Assembly: GCA_051362555.1 (NCBI GenBank)
Contig: CM120641.1
Coordinates: 41,422,401-41,486,400 of the forward strand
From: Lingula anatina
Taxonomy: Eukaryota > Animalia > Brachiopoda
Reading direction: 5' to 3'
DNA length: 64,000 bases
Of the stretch, positions 44,017 through 57,136 are shown piece by piece. Position 1 is the stretch's first letter. Each line of letters starts with the position of its first letter. The notes beneath the pieces were generated by a model. It was given only the letters and a program-made list of their open reading frames with translations. It was not told the origin of the DNA and did no database searches. The translations under genes and the position numbers were made by a program.

Positions 44017-46559
44017 TTAACGTCCATATGTTTTAACGAAGTCGTCAATTTTCTTCAAAGTAGCATCAAATGCTTCTTTGCAGACATCTGAAAAAAAAAA
44101 TTAAATGAAGTTTGATATAGCAGTTATACAAAATATTTAATGTACGAGAGAGAGAGAGAGAGAGATGAAAAGAGAAGGTAGCGAGGGTTTCACTCACGTG
44201 GGAATATAATATATCCATGTACCACTCCTTCTAGCATCAGTATCTCCGTATGTACACCCGCTGCCTTCAGTTTTTCTGCGTATGCTAAAAAATAGAATTT
44301 TCATTTTATTAAAATATATTTAATTTCTTGTGATAATACAGTTCTTTTTGCTTTGTCAAATATTGTTATGCTAAAAGATCACTGTGTTAGATGAGTTAAC
44401 CCAGAAAGATGAAAACTGTGATAGGTTAAACTGATCTCCTTTTCAGATACCTTTTCCTTCGTCCACCAAGACGTCGTGACTGGCGGCAATGTACAGAGCA
44501 GGAGGTAGATTCTGGAACTCAGACCTCAATAACGGGGAGGCCCTGGGGTCAGTCCGTTCAGCATCAGACGTAAAAAACTTTGAGGCAAACCTGGAATAGT
44601 TTTGTAAGTTTTCGCTCTCTGGCTAAATAGCCTTGTACAAGATAATTTTTTCCGAAAAATGAAAACTAACAAATGAAATAAATATAAATACATAATGATT
44701 GAAAAATGACTGACTTTAATATCATATACATAACGGGTTCAAAAACTGGTGTAATTTACATTGACTTAACAAATCCGTCATGGTTCTTGGGCGGGGTGGG
44801 GGGGGGGGGTGGGGGGGTGGCGTTTATATTTTAACACCCCACCTGATTAGCCATGTTCCTTCATTATTAGACCTACATGATGAAATAGAATGTATCGAAA
44901 AATTCAGTGTGCAACTGAATACGTACCACTCCATTTGTTTAGCTGACATGAAGTATCCCTCACTGTAACGTTTGTATGAGTCTGTTTGCATCCGCCAATC
45001 AGTGACCGGGACGATCAAAATCTGAAAATAAACCAGTAGAAATATTGAAACATAAAGTTGGTGCATGGACAAAATTATTTCCAAGGTTGGTGCAATATGA
45101 AGACTACGAGAACATAGACACTGGCAAACAGAATACCGGTAGTGGCGGACTCTGATGTTTGAGAAAAGGGAAGAACTTGGATCAGATTGTCAACGCTGTT
45201 TAAGGCTATCTAAATAAATAATTGTTAAGGAGGAGGTCAAACTGATCTCACCTGTAGTGCCACCCCCGGCACCTCATGAGCCATGGTCGCCGCTAGATGT
45301 CCTCCGGCACTGTCACCTATGACGCCAACTTTACTGGTTCCACTGCCGCCTACAGAAAAATACATTAAAGGATAAAATGGATTTTTGTGAAATTTTCTCT
45401 ACATTTAGAGATGGATGACATGTTAAAAGAAAATCTGTAAATCGTATTGTCAGTGATTACACTGATGTTGTAAAGAATCCCAAAATAGTCCAGAGGGACC
45501 TCTTTTTTATACTAATTGAATCATTTAAAATTACGAAATTGCCTACTTATTGTTTCCGAAGATTCAAATCATTTTAAAACAATACAAACTCAGCACTTGG
45601 AATTGAATGCACTGAAAGCTTTTTGAAAACATTACGAATTGCTCTCTCACCGAGCTTTTCCTTGTTGGCCATAACCCACTTGACCGCTGTCACAGAGTCA
45701 TCAATTCCTGCAGGAAACTTGTGCTCAGGAGCCAGGCGGTAGTTCACGTTGACAATTATGCACCCCGTTGTGCTGGAATTAATAAAAAGCTTAGAAGAGA
45801 ACAGAATCTATGGCGGAAATGGCTTTGGCTTGAAAATTATAACTACTAGTAGATCAAAATTATGATCGTCAACGTTATTTGACAAACCAAAACTGTTTAC
45901 ACTACAATTTTATTGATAAATGATTAAACATAAGAGATATACCAATTTGTCAGCTGAATCTCTTTATAGTTCTTTATTACAAGAATCATACTCACTCGGC
46001 TAATGTCTTCACCACGGTATCGTGGCTTCTTAGGTCGCCAACCACAAATCCCCCTCCATGGAAATATACCAGTATGGTGGGACTTGGGGGACACGGTTTT
46101 GGTCTATATACCCACACAGTGATTCCATCTGATGAAGAAAATAAACTTTCGTTGCCTCATTTCAATTCCAATATGTGCATTCCAAGCGACGAATATTTTT
46201 TATTAAGTCCGTTCTTTTTGTATATTTTACATTTGTACCTTAAATATACGTGCTAGTATTAACCGATTTATTTAAAGGGTGGTCTGTCAAAGGAATTATT
46301 GAAAGCACTACTCGGTCTATTTGAAGCAAACTACTCGCGTACCTTGGCAATGAGGAGAAGGAACCGTGCTTATCTGCTTTTCTCCTTTAAACTGGTAGTT
46401 TGCCTCCTTGTTGGAATCCTCGCACATGGCATCCACGATCGCTCGTGACTCTTCGATGGTTTCACCTTCTTCATATCCCTTCCGCCCTTTTTCTGCGGCC
46501 GCTCGAAGCAGGGCCTGAGTCTCAGGGTGAAGTTGGTCGATGTCTGCGGGAAGCGGCAT
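44017..46559 (-). CDS. HSL-family carboxylesterase, paralog 2 (8 exons)
   Basis: [13 protein letters not shown]...[11 protein letters not shown]...[17 protein letters not shown]...GDSAGGHLA...LIVPVTDWR...[10 protein letters not shown]...EGVVHGY...[12 protein letters not shown]; same intron positions as paralog 1. Confidence 0.92.
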
Positions 46560-48016
46560 GGCGACCAATTGACTGTGTCTGCAACGCGTCCGTTAATGTC
46601 AATGATACCACGACCCAAAAAGTCTGCAGTGCTATCCACGACGATATTTACACTGTTGCAGATAAGTAAGGGTCATAAAGTCTGTGGCTATTATTAACGA
46701 ATGATCACTTTACAAGTGTAAATTGTAACAAATAGTGCTTTTTACCCCCCCAAACTATGTTAAACATGATTAATGATACAGAAAATACAAAATAGCGGTG
46801 AAAATATACATATCATCTGGTGAGTGATTTGGTGCAGAAAACAAATAATCTTGAAGATTGAGTAACAATCTTCTCAGCCCAAGTATTAACCCTACTGAGC
46901 ATGAATTGGAGTGTGCAATGCAGAGGAGAAGCAATCCCCAAACAATCTGGACCAACTCCGCCAAGCTGTTTAGAACAATGGGGCAATTTTACACATAACA
47001 GAATTCTTGCCCTTGTTGACGGCACGTCGTGCCGCCTACAGGATATAATACTATTAGGTTCGTTGCATTAAAAGAGGACATGCTGACCCTCATTGGTGGT
47101 GTCTTTTATGGACGTTTTATTTTACCTCTGTGGAAATCACTGCCGGACATCAGATGTCGAAGTTAGGGAAGGGGGCATGCTCTAAAATTGAATAAATGGG
47201 ACAATATGGATATTTTCACCGGTATTGTGTATTTTCTGTACAGTCTTGCAGGATATAATATCTATACTTAAAACTCTTCAAAAACACTTCTGCGTCAGAC
47301 AGTATATATTTTGCAGCGAGTCATTATTAAAACAGTTTGAAACACGACTTGCTTTTGTTTTACAAAGTTTATCAGTTTCAAATCTATGTTTCTTTATTTG
47401 CAACCGACCCCAAATCAATCTGAAACTGTAAAATGAAAATACTCACATATTCGATATCTATCTGGAGCATCTTGTTAAACAAACGCGGTGAATAAGCTCT
47501 ATACATGAGAGGTACTAAGCAGATCCAGTACTTACACGCGGGGACTAAGGTAACAGGTCAAAAACCGTAAAAAAATTGCCAGGCTTTTATTTGTAAAATA
47601 ACATGACCATGGATATTATTTTTGGCACACGCTTCTTATACGTGGAATAATTTAACAATCCAGTAAATGAAATACTGTAGCTGTTATCGGAAAGGAATGG
47701 GTAAATTAATATACAAAGAGGGGAAAACTAAACCTAACTTATACAAATGTCTGAGAAACAAGACACTATGGTTAATAGCCTGATGCACATTTTCTCTGAA
47801 TATTTCATTTATAAATTGCAACACGTCTCCAAAGTGCAAAATCATCCAAAACAATAATGAACTTGCAGTGTATGTTGTTGTTAGAACCTGATTGAAAGTC
47901 CAATGGCACGTGTACTTTGGGGATCATCTTCGCTTTAAAAATTCCCCATATTTTATTCTAATTATGCATTTTTTGAAGGAGAGGGTTTTGTCTAGGAGTA
48001 GCAACATACATGTAGT

Positions 48017-48138
48017 TTAACGTCCATATGTTTTAACGAAGTCGTCAATTTTCTTCAAAGTAGCATCAAATGCTTCTTTGCAGACATCTGAAATAAATGA
48101 AATGAAGTTTGATATAGCAGCTACACAAAATATTGAAT

Positions 48139-48183
<45 letters not shown>

Positions 48184-50888
48184 AAAGAGAAGGTAGCGAG
48201 GGTTTCACTCACGTGGGAATATAATATATCCATGTACCACTCCTTCTAGCATTAGTGTCTCCGTATGTACACCCGCTGCCTTCAGTTTTTCTGCGTATGC
48301 TGAAAGAATAGAATTTTGAATTTTTAAAATTATATACAATTTCTTGTGATTATACAACTATATTTGATTCGAAAAATATGGTTATGTTAAAAGATCACTG
48401 TATTAGATGAATTAACACAGACAGGTGAAAATTGTGATAGGTTTAACTTTTCTCTTTTTCATATACCTTTCCCTTCGTCCACCAAGACGTCGTGACTGGC
48501 GGCAATGTACAGAGCAGGGGGTAGATTCTGGAACTCAGACCTCAATAACGGGGAGGCCCTGGGGTCAGTCCGTTCAGCATCAGACGTAAAAAACTTTGAG
48601 GCAAACCTGAAGTAGAAGTAGTTTTGTGTAACTTAGTTTCTTCAGACTGGCTAAATAGCTTAGTACAAGATAACTTTTTCGAAAAGTGAAACAAATAAAA
48701 TTAAATGAAAAAAGTGCACAAAAGAATGGGAAATGACTGATTTTAGTTTTACATACATAACGGGTAATTTACAGTTACGGGTAATTTACATTAACGTACA
48801 TATTCGTTATGGTTCTTGCAACATGTATACACAATGGCGGATTCAGGGTGCGGGGAGGGGAGGGGGCATTTTACCCGGTATATTGTACCACCTGGCCTCT
48901 TTAGCAAAATTCATGGTCCGCCGTTGGAAGACCTACATGATGAAACATAATGTATCGAACAATTTAGTGGACAATTGAATACGTACCACTCCATTTGTTT
49001 AGCCGACATGAAGTATCCCTCACTGTAACGCTTGTATGAGTCTGTTTGCATCCGCCAATCAGTGACCGGGACGATCAAAATCTGAAAATAAATCAGTAGA
49101 AATATTGAAACATTAAGCTGGTGCATGGAAAAAATTATGTCCAAGGTTAGTGCAATGTGAAGTTTACGAGAACATAGACACTGGCAAACAGAATACTGGT
49201 AGTGGCGGACTCTGTTGTTTGAGAAAATGGAAGAACTTGGATCAGATTGGCAACGCTGTTTAAGGGTGCTTTCCCAGAGATTTAGATCGATCTAAAGATT
49301 AAGTTTTAGATCGACCTAACTCCCTGGGGGGCTCACGCTAAATTGCAGTCAGCCAAGCGGGCACCATAGTTAATTACCCCCTTACAGCTTTTAGTAGGCG
49401 GGACAGACGCTTAAGCCGGCCAAGCTGACAGTAATCTAGTGAGACTCCCCACAGGGATAGATCGATCTAAAAATCTATGGAAATGGGGTGTTTGGCTATC
49501 TAAATAAATAATTGTAAAGGAGGAGGTCAAACTGATCTCACCTGTAGTGCCACCCCCGGAACCTCATGAGCCATGGTCGCCGCTAGATGTCCTCCGGCAC
49601 TGTCGCCTATGACGCCAACTTTACTGGTTCCACTGCCGCCTACAGAAAAATAGGCCTACATTAAAGGATAAAATAGATTTTTGTGAAATTTTCTCTACAT
49701 TTAGAGATGGATGCTGTTATATTAAAAGAAAATCTGAAAATCGTATTGTCAGTGATTACGTTGATATTGTAAAGAATCCCAAAATAGTCCAGAGGGACCT
49801 GTTTTTTATACCAATTGAATTATTTAAAATTACAAAATTGCTTTATTTATTGTTTCCGAAGATTCAAATCATTTTAAAACAATACAAACTCAGCACGTGG
49901 AATTGAATGCACTGAGTTTTTTGAAAACATAACGCATTGCTCTCTCACCGAGCTTCTCCTTGTTGGCCATAACCCACTTGACCGCTGTTACAGAGTCATC
50001 AATTCCTGCAGGAAACTTGTGCTCAGGAGCCAGACGGTAGTTCACGTTGACAACTATGCACCCCGTTGTGCTGGAATTAATTAAAAAAAGCTAAGAAGAG
50101 AACAGCTTAGAGAACATCTTAGAGAAAAGCTTAGAAGAGAAGCGGAAATGGCTTTGGCCTGAGAATTATAACTACTAGTAGTTCAAAATTATGATCGTCA
50201 ACGTTATTTGACAAACCAAAAGTGTTTACACTACAATTTTATTGATAAATGGTTATATACATAAGAGATATACCAATTTGTCAGTTGGATCGCTTCATAC
50301 ACCTTTATTACAAGAATCATACTCACTCGGCTAAAGTCTTCACCGCGGTGTCGTGGCTTCTTAGGCCGCAAACAACAAATCCCCCTCCATGGAAATATAC
50401 CAGTATGGTGGGACTTGGGGGACACGGTTTTGGTCTAAATACCCACACAGTGATTCCATCTGATGAAGAAAAATAAGCTTTTGTTGCCGCATTTCAATTC
50501 AAATATGTGCATTCCTAGCGACGAATATTTTTTATTAAGTCCGTTCTTTTTGTACTTACATTTGTACCTTAAATATACGTGCTAGTATTAACCGATTTAT
50601 TTAAAGGGTGGTCTGTCAAATGAATTATTGAAAGCACTTCTCGGTCTATTTGAAGCAAACTACTCGCGTACCTTGGCAATGAGGAGAGGGAACCGTGCAT
50701 ATCTGCTTCTCTCCTTTAAACTGGTAGTTTGCCTCCTTGTTGGAATCCTCGCACATGGCATCCACGATCGCTCGTGACTCTTCAATGGTTTCACCTTCTT
50801 CATATCCCTTCCCCCCTTTTTCTGCGGCCGCTCGAAGCAGGGCCTGAGTCTCAGGGTGAAGTTGGTCGATGTCTGCGGGGAGCGGCAT
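48017..50888 (-). CDS. HSL-family carboxylesterase, paralog 3 (8 exons)
   Basis: Nearly identical to paralog 2 in exons and introns; [23 protein letters not shown] and VHGY motifs; ends FVKTYGR*. Confidence 0.92.
49264..49490. mobile_element. Harbinger-like MITE in an intron of esterase paralog 3
   Basis: Imperfect TIRs GGGTGCTTTCCCAGAGATTTAGATCGATCTA / TAGATCGATCTAAAAATCTATGGAAATGGGGTG. It is inserted after TAA and is absent from paralog 2 (GTTTAAGGCTATC, ~45198-45210). A related copy lies at 53031-53245. Confidence 0.85.
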
Positions 50889-51285
50889 GGCGAACGATTG
50901 ACTGCGTCTGCAACGCGTCCGTTAATATCAATGATAACCACGACCTTGGGCCCAAAAGGTCTCCTATCCAGGACGATATTTACACTAAAGATAAGTAAAG
51001 TCTGTGCGTCTTATTTACGAATGATCGCAAGTGTAAATTGTTATATACAGTGCTTTGTATCCCAGAAACTATATATAACATGATTAACGATACAGAAAAT
51101 ACATATAACGGTGAAAATATCCGTATCGTCTGGTGAGTGATTTGTTGCAGAAAACAAATGTTCTTGAGGATTGCGTAACCATCTTCTCAGCCCAGTTATT
51201 AACCCTTCTGAGCACCTTTACCATGAATTGGAGTGTGCAGTGCAGAGGAGAAGCAATCCCCAAATAATCTGGACCAATCTCTTTA

Positions 51286-52926
51286 TATCCCGGTCACACC
51301 TACACGACGCTGGGTCGGCGCACAGCCGACGCGCTAAACAAATTTGGCAATTTTGGCAATTTTGGCCAGTGCGCTGTTATGCGTCTGCATTCGTCAAACG
51401 ACAGTTATGCATTCGTTTTCATTCGCTCTTGTGCGTCTGAGTTTTTGTGCATGCACAAAAATGTGCGTTCAGCTCGACGCATGAACTTACACGTCAAAAG
51501 GTCGCTCGGCATTGGCAGAGTCCGCTGGACCAGCGTTAATCAGACGTTGCTGTTCGTTAGTGTTCGTTTCAAATTCGTTGGCTTCGGCGTAGCGGACACA
51601 CAGCATGCTTCCAACGCATGTGTAGCGAACATGCAGCGGCTATAAACGGGTGCTAAACGAATCTCTAACGAATCAGAACGAACGTTGAACGACTCTATAG
51701 CGCAGCCAACGTTATTGTAGCGCGCCTCTGTCGTGTTCCTAGCGTGTCCCGTGCATGCGTGTCCCGAGCCTAGCGTGTATTCATGGTGTATACATAAATG
51801 GGTCCTCTGTATCCGCATCACTTTCCCACTTTTTTGAATAACCGCTGCATAATATGGGAGATCTTGACAGGCTGCGATCAGAATACGAAACTTCAGTTCT
51901 CATAAGGTCATGGAACTTGCACTCCACCAAGTCTGTGACATCAGGAGCATTCTGGCGAACCGTTTCCAGGTTCCACTTAGGACAATGCAGCAGAAGCCCA
52001 ATACCATTAAAAATATTGTAATAGCATGCATCATCTTCCACAACCTTAGGAGGATCCGGCATCCACGAACCAGTAGCTTGACGTTGCCGAGAACCTGGGA
52101 CAAGAGTTTGCCCATGGTGAGTGGAGAAATGGCCGATATCTAGAGGACACCTGCATCGTCACTGGCAGCAACACGTCCAGAAGGAGGAAAAAAACAGAAA
52201 TCATCTGAAGCCGGATCTGTTCCATGGCAAGACCACCTCTTTCTTCCCTTTGAAATGATCATATAAACATAGACTAAATAAGACATTAAATTATACACAG
52301 TGGTGCTAAATACCGGTACATTATGTACATGTGATGTTACTGAAATTTAAGTCAGAATCAGGGTAAAATTTGTTCCTTTAGATGGTCTTATTTTCAGGAT
52401 TTTTATAGCTCGATTTTTTACAAAAATTATCTAAAAATAATGGTCGGTTAGAATTGGAACAACAATTACATTGACAGTGTATATCATGTTAATGCTTCTC
52501 TTTATTATTTTGCTGTTTAATATCACCTTCCCAATGAAAAAAACGATAAAATGTGTATCCAAGAAAACTAATTTCACTGGTTGCTTTTACATAATCTGCA
52601 GTTTTTATATAGAGAACGAGTCACGTGATACATGCTAACTGAGGAACGCTATCTGTTCGCTCAATGCGTGCTGAATGCGCGGGTCATTCGTTCCCTGCGC
52701 GAAAAAACCCGTTGTGCATACGTTGTTTTTTTTACACGTGCGTTCTATATTCGTTCTTTATGCGCCCTTTATACGCAAAATACGCCAACAAAACGCTATG
52801 TTTTCGCTATTAACTCGCACTTTTCTGGCAAATTATGTCAAAAGTTGGACGAACAACAGCGCATTCGGCTTATTTTCACGCACAATGCATGCGTACCTCG
52901 TGCGTTCTGTAGGTGTGACCGGGCCT
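51286..52926 (+). mobile_element. Internally deleted PIF/Harbinger DNA transposon (~1.64 kb)
   Basis: TIRs CCCGGTCACACCTACA / TGTAGGTGTGACCGGG with TTA on both flanks. The transposase C-terminal remnant reads SILANRFQVPLRTMQQKPNTIKNIVIACIIFHNLRRIRHP (HARBI1-like FGILxxRF...ACxxLHN). The empty site is at ~46970 in the paralogous spacer. Confidence 0.9.
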
Positions 52927-53030
52927 TTAGGAAGAATGGGACAATTTTACACAAAACAGAATTCTTGCTCTTGTTGAAGGCATGTTACGACTTCTACAGG
53001 ATAAAATACTATTAGGTACGTGTGGCCTTA

Positions 53031-53245
53031 GGCTGTATTCCCAGAGCTTTTAGATCGGTCTATCCCCGCGGGGAGTCTCACTAGATTACTGTCAAATAAT
53101 CCGGCTTAAATGTCCGTCCCGCCTACTACAAGCTGTAAGGGGGTAATTAACTTTCTTGTCTGCCCGGCTGACAGCTATTTAGCGTGAACCCCCAGGGAGT
53201 TAGGTCGATCTAAAGTAGATCGATCTAATCTCTGGAAATGGGGTC
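53031..53245. mobile_element. Harbinger-like MITE, same family as 49264-49490
   Basis: TTA|GGCTGTATTCCCAGAG ... CTCTGGAAATGGGGTC|TTA. The interior is the reverse complement of the 49264-49490 interior. The empty site is at ~47065-47075. Confidence 0.88.
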
Positions 53246-54408
53246 TTAAACGAGCACATGCTGACGCTAATACGTGGCGTCTTTTTTTTTTTTTTTAAAC
53301 TTTATGGAGGTGTTATTTTACCTCTGTGGAAATCACTGTCGAACATCAGATGTCGAACTTAGGGGATTGGGCATGCTCTAAATTTGAATAAATGGAATAA
53401 TACGGATATCTTCACCGGTCCTGTGTATTTTCTGTACCGTGAATCTTGAAAGATATGATATCTGGAATAAAAACACTTCAAAACATTTCTGCGTCAGTCG
53501 ATATATATTTCATGGCGAATCATTACTAAAACAGTTTTAAACGGTTTGCTTACTTTTGATTTACAAAGATTGTCAGTTTCAAATCTATGTTCCTTTATTT
53601 GCAACCGACCCTAAAATCATTCTGAAACTGTGAAATGAAAATTCCCCAATATTACATACACTGGGACGATACAATATATAGATATTCCAACTTTGATTAT
53701 CTTGCTGTTGCACTCTATCACGCAGTTACCTATCTTACCAGTGTCATGGACGAAATGACGCAAATTCAGATATAAAACAGTGGCGTCATTATCCTCAATT
53801 AACAGCTGTTGTTGAAAATGTTAACCTCAAATATTCGATATCTATCTGGAGCATCTTACTAAACAAATCAGGCCATTCAGGTGAATAACCTCTATCCATG
53901 AGATGTACTAAGCAAATCCAGTACTCTGACACGAAGCCTTGGGTAACAGGACAAAAAAAAAATAAAAAAATAGTCAGCCATTTATTTGTAAAATAACATG
54001 ACCATGGATATTATTTTTGGAACACACTTCTTATACGTGGAATGATTTTACAATCTACTCGACGAAGGTTGTAACAAACATGTATATAGCTGTTAACGGA
54101 AAGGAATAGGTTGATTAATATTCAAAAAGGGAAAACTAAACAACCTGCACCAAATGTCTGAGAAACAAGACACTATGGTTAACAGACTGATGCACATTTG
54201 CTCTGAATATATCATTTATAAATTGTAACACGTCTCCAAAGTGCAAAAATCATCAAAGACAGTAATGAACTAACTATCAGTGTAGGTTGTTAGAAGACAA
54301 TCGAAGTCCAATGGCACGTGCACTTAGGAGGTCATCTTTGCTTTAATAATGCCCATTTTTAATTCTCTATTTGCAAGAGGAGGATTTGTCTAGGAGTAGC
54401 AACATAGT

Positions 54409-54535
54409 TTAACGTCCATAAGTTTTAACAAAGTTGTCAATTTTCTTCAAAGTAGCATCGTTTGCTTCTTTGCAGACATCTGGAAAAAATGAAACGAAGT
54501 TTGATATATCAGGCACACAAAATATTGAATATACT

Positions 54536-54566
<31 letters not shown>

Positions 54567-57136
54567 AAGGAGCGAAGGTTTCACTCACGTGGGAATAAAA
54601 TATATCCATGCACCACTCCCTCTAGTATTAAAGTTTCCGTATGTACACCAGCTGCCTTCAGTTTTTCTGCGTATGCTGAAAAAACAGAATTTTGAATATT
54701 TCTTGAATCTATCTAATTCCTTGTGATGATATACAGCTCTTTTTGCTAAATTTGACAAATGTGATTATGCTTAAAAGATCACTGTATTAAATGTGTTAAC
54801 ACAGACAGATGAAAATTATGATAGGTTTAACTTTTTTCGTTTTCATATACCTTTTCCTTCGTCCACTAACACGTCGTGACTGGCGGCAATGTACAGAGCA
54901 GGAGGTAGATTCTGGAACTCAGACCTCAATAACGGGGAGGCCCTGGGGTCAGTCCGTTCAGCATCAGACGTAAAAAACTTCGAACCAAACCTGAAGTAGA
55001 AGTAGTTTTGTAAGTTTCTCTAGACTGGCTAAATAGACTTGTACTGTGCAAGATAATTTTTTTCGAAAAATGAAAACAATTAAATAAAAATAAATAAACG
55101 CATACAAGAATGAAAATGACTAACTTTAATATACCATACATAAAGGGGAATTTATATTTACGGGTAAGTTACATTAATTTAACACATCGTTATGGTTCTG
55201 GTAACTTGCGGGTTCAGGGCGCGAGGAGGGGGGCGTTTTATATTGTACCACCCCACCTCTGTAGCAAATTCAAGATCCGCTATTGTTAGACATCCATGAT
55301 TTAAGATAATGCATCGAACTATTCAGTGGGCAACTGAAATAAGTACCAATCCATTTCTTTAGCTGACATGAAGTATCCCTCACTGTAACGCTTGTATGAG
55401 TCTGTCTTCATCCGCCAATCAGTAACCGGGGCGATCAAAATCTGAACGTAAATTAATTGAAATATTGAAATATCCCTTAAGTTGATGCAAGGTGAAGACA
55501 GCGAGAACACGGACGCTGGCAAACAGAATACCGGTAGTGGCTGGCTCTTGTTTGAAAAAAGGGAAAAAAGTGTGATCAAATAAACAACGCTGTTAATCTC
55601 AATATCTAAAATTTTGTTAAGGAGGAGGTCAAACTGATCTCACCTGTAGTGCCACCCCCGGCACCTCATGAGCTATAGTCGCCGCTAGATGTCCTCCGGC
55701 ACTGTCGCCTATGACGCCAACTTTACTGGTTACACTGCCGCCTACAGAAAATAACATTAAAGGATAAAATGGATTTTTGAGAATTTTCCCCTACATTAGA
55801 GATAGATGCTGTTATATTGAGAGAAAATTCTGCAAATCGAATTGCCAGTGATTACACTGATATTGTTGAAAAATATATTTCAGAGCTTAAAATTCCTATT
55901 CCCAAAATAGTCAAGAGGAACCTATTATACCTACCGAATTATTTAAAATTGCTAAATAGCTCCATTAATTGTTTTTAAAACAATTTTTCACAATACAAAT
56001 TCGGCACTTGGAATTGAATGCACTGATAGCTTTTTGAAAACTTAACGCATTGCTCTCTCACCAAGCTTTTCCTTGTTGGCCATAACCCACTTGACCGCTG
56101 TTACAGAATCATCAATTCCTGCAGGAAACTTGTGCTCAGGAGCCAGACGGTAGTTCACGTTGACAACTATGCACCCCGTTGTGCTGGGATTAATAAAAAG
56201 CTTAGAAGAAAACAGAATCTATGGCGGGAATGGCCTTGGCTTGACAAATATTACCATTAGTAGATAAAAATTATGATCGTCAACACTTGTCGACAAATCA
56301 AACATGTTGACACTACAATTTTACTGATAAATGGTTTTATATAAGAGATATACCAATTTGTCAGTTGGATCGCTTTATTGTCCTCTATTACAAGAATCAT
56401 ACTCACTCGGTCAAAGTTTTCACCACGGTATCGTGGCTTCTTAAGCCCCCCAACACAAATCCCCCTCCGTGGAAATATAGCAGTATGGTGGGACTTGGGG
56501 GACACGGTTTCGGTTTAAATACCCACACAGTGATTCCATCTGATGAAGAAAAAACTTTTGTTACCTCATTTCAATTCAAATTTGTGCATTTCTATTGACG
56601 AATGGTTTTTTCACTCGTCCTTTTCGTAGGCCTAGGCCCTACTACCCTGAGTGTCATGGCACAGTAAAGCTAGAATGTTTTAACGATTAAAACTATTCAT
56701 GTCGCTTTCCTTTTTTGGTATTGCTGATATGGGTTATATATGAAATCAAGATCAAGCTGGCAATACCGAAATCTAGAACCTAGGGTATTTCGTACTTGCA
56801 TTTGTAGGGTAGGCCTACCATTAATTTTTTGACTACTATTTACCGACTTTTTTAAATGGGCTGTCAAAGGGATGACTTAAAGCATCTCTCAGTCTAACCG
56901 AAGCGAACTACTCGTGTACCTTGGCAATAAGGAGAAGGAACCGTGCATATCTGCTTCTCTCCTTTAAACTGGTAGTTTGCCCCCTGGTTGGCATCCTCGA
57001 ACATGGCATCCGCGATCGCTCGTGACTCTTCCATGGTTTCACCTTCTTCACAGCCCTTTCCCCCTTTTTCTGCGGCTGCTCTTAGCAGGGCTTGAGTCTC
57101 AGGGTGAAGTTGGTCGATGTCTGCGGGGAGCGGCAT
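54409..57136 (-). CDS. HSL-family carboxylesterase, paralog 4 (8 exons)
   Basis: [13 protein letters not shown]...HGGGFVLGG...GDSAGG...[15 protein letters not shown]...HDVLVDEG...VHGY...[12 protein letters not shown]; same exon layout as paralogs 2 and 3. Confidence 0.92.

Noticed and set aside
51171-53015. Multiple 70-127 aa ORFs
   Set aside because: They fall in the CpG-rich subterminal regions of the Harbinger element; only the 51910-52143 remnant resembles transposase.
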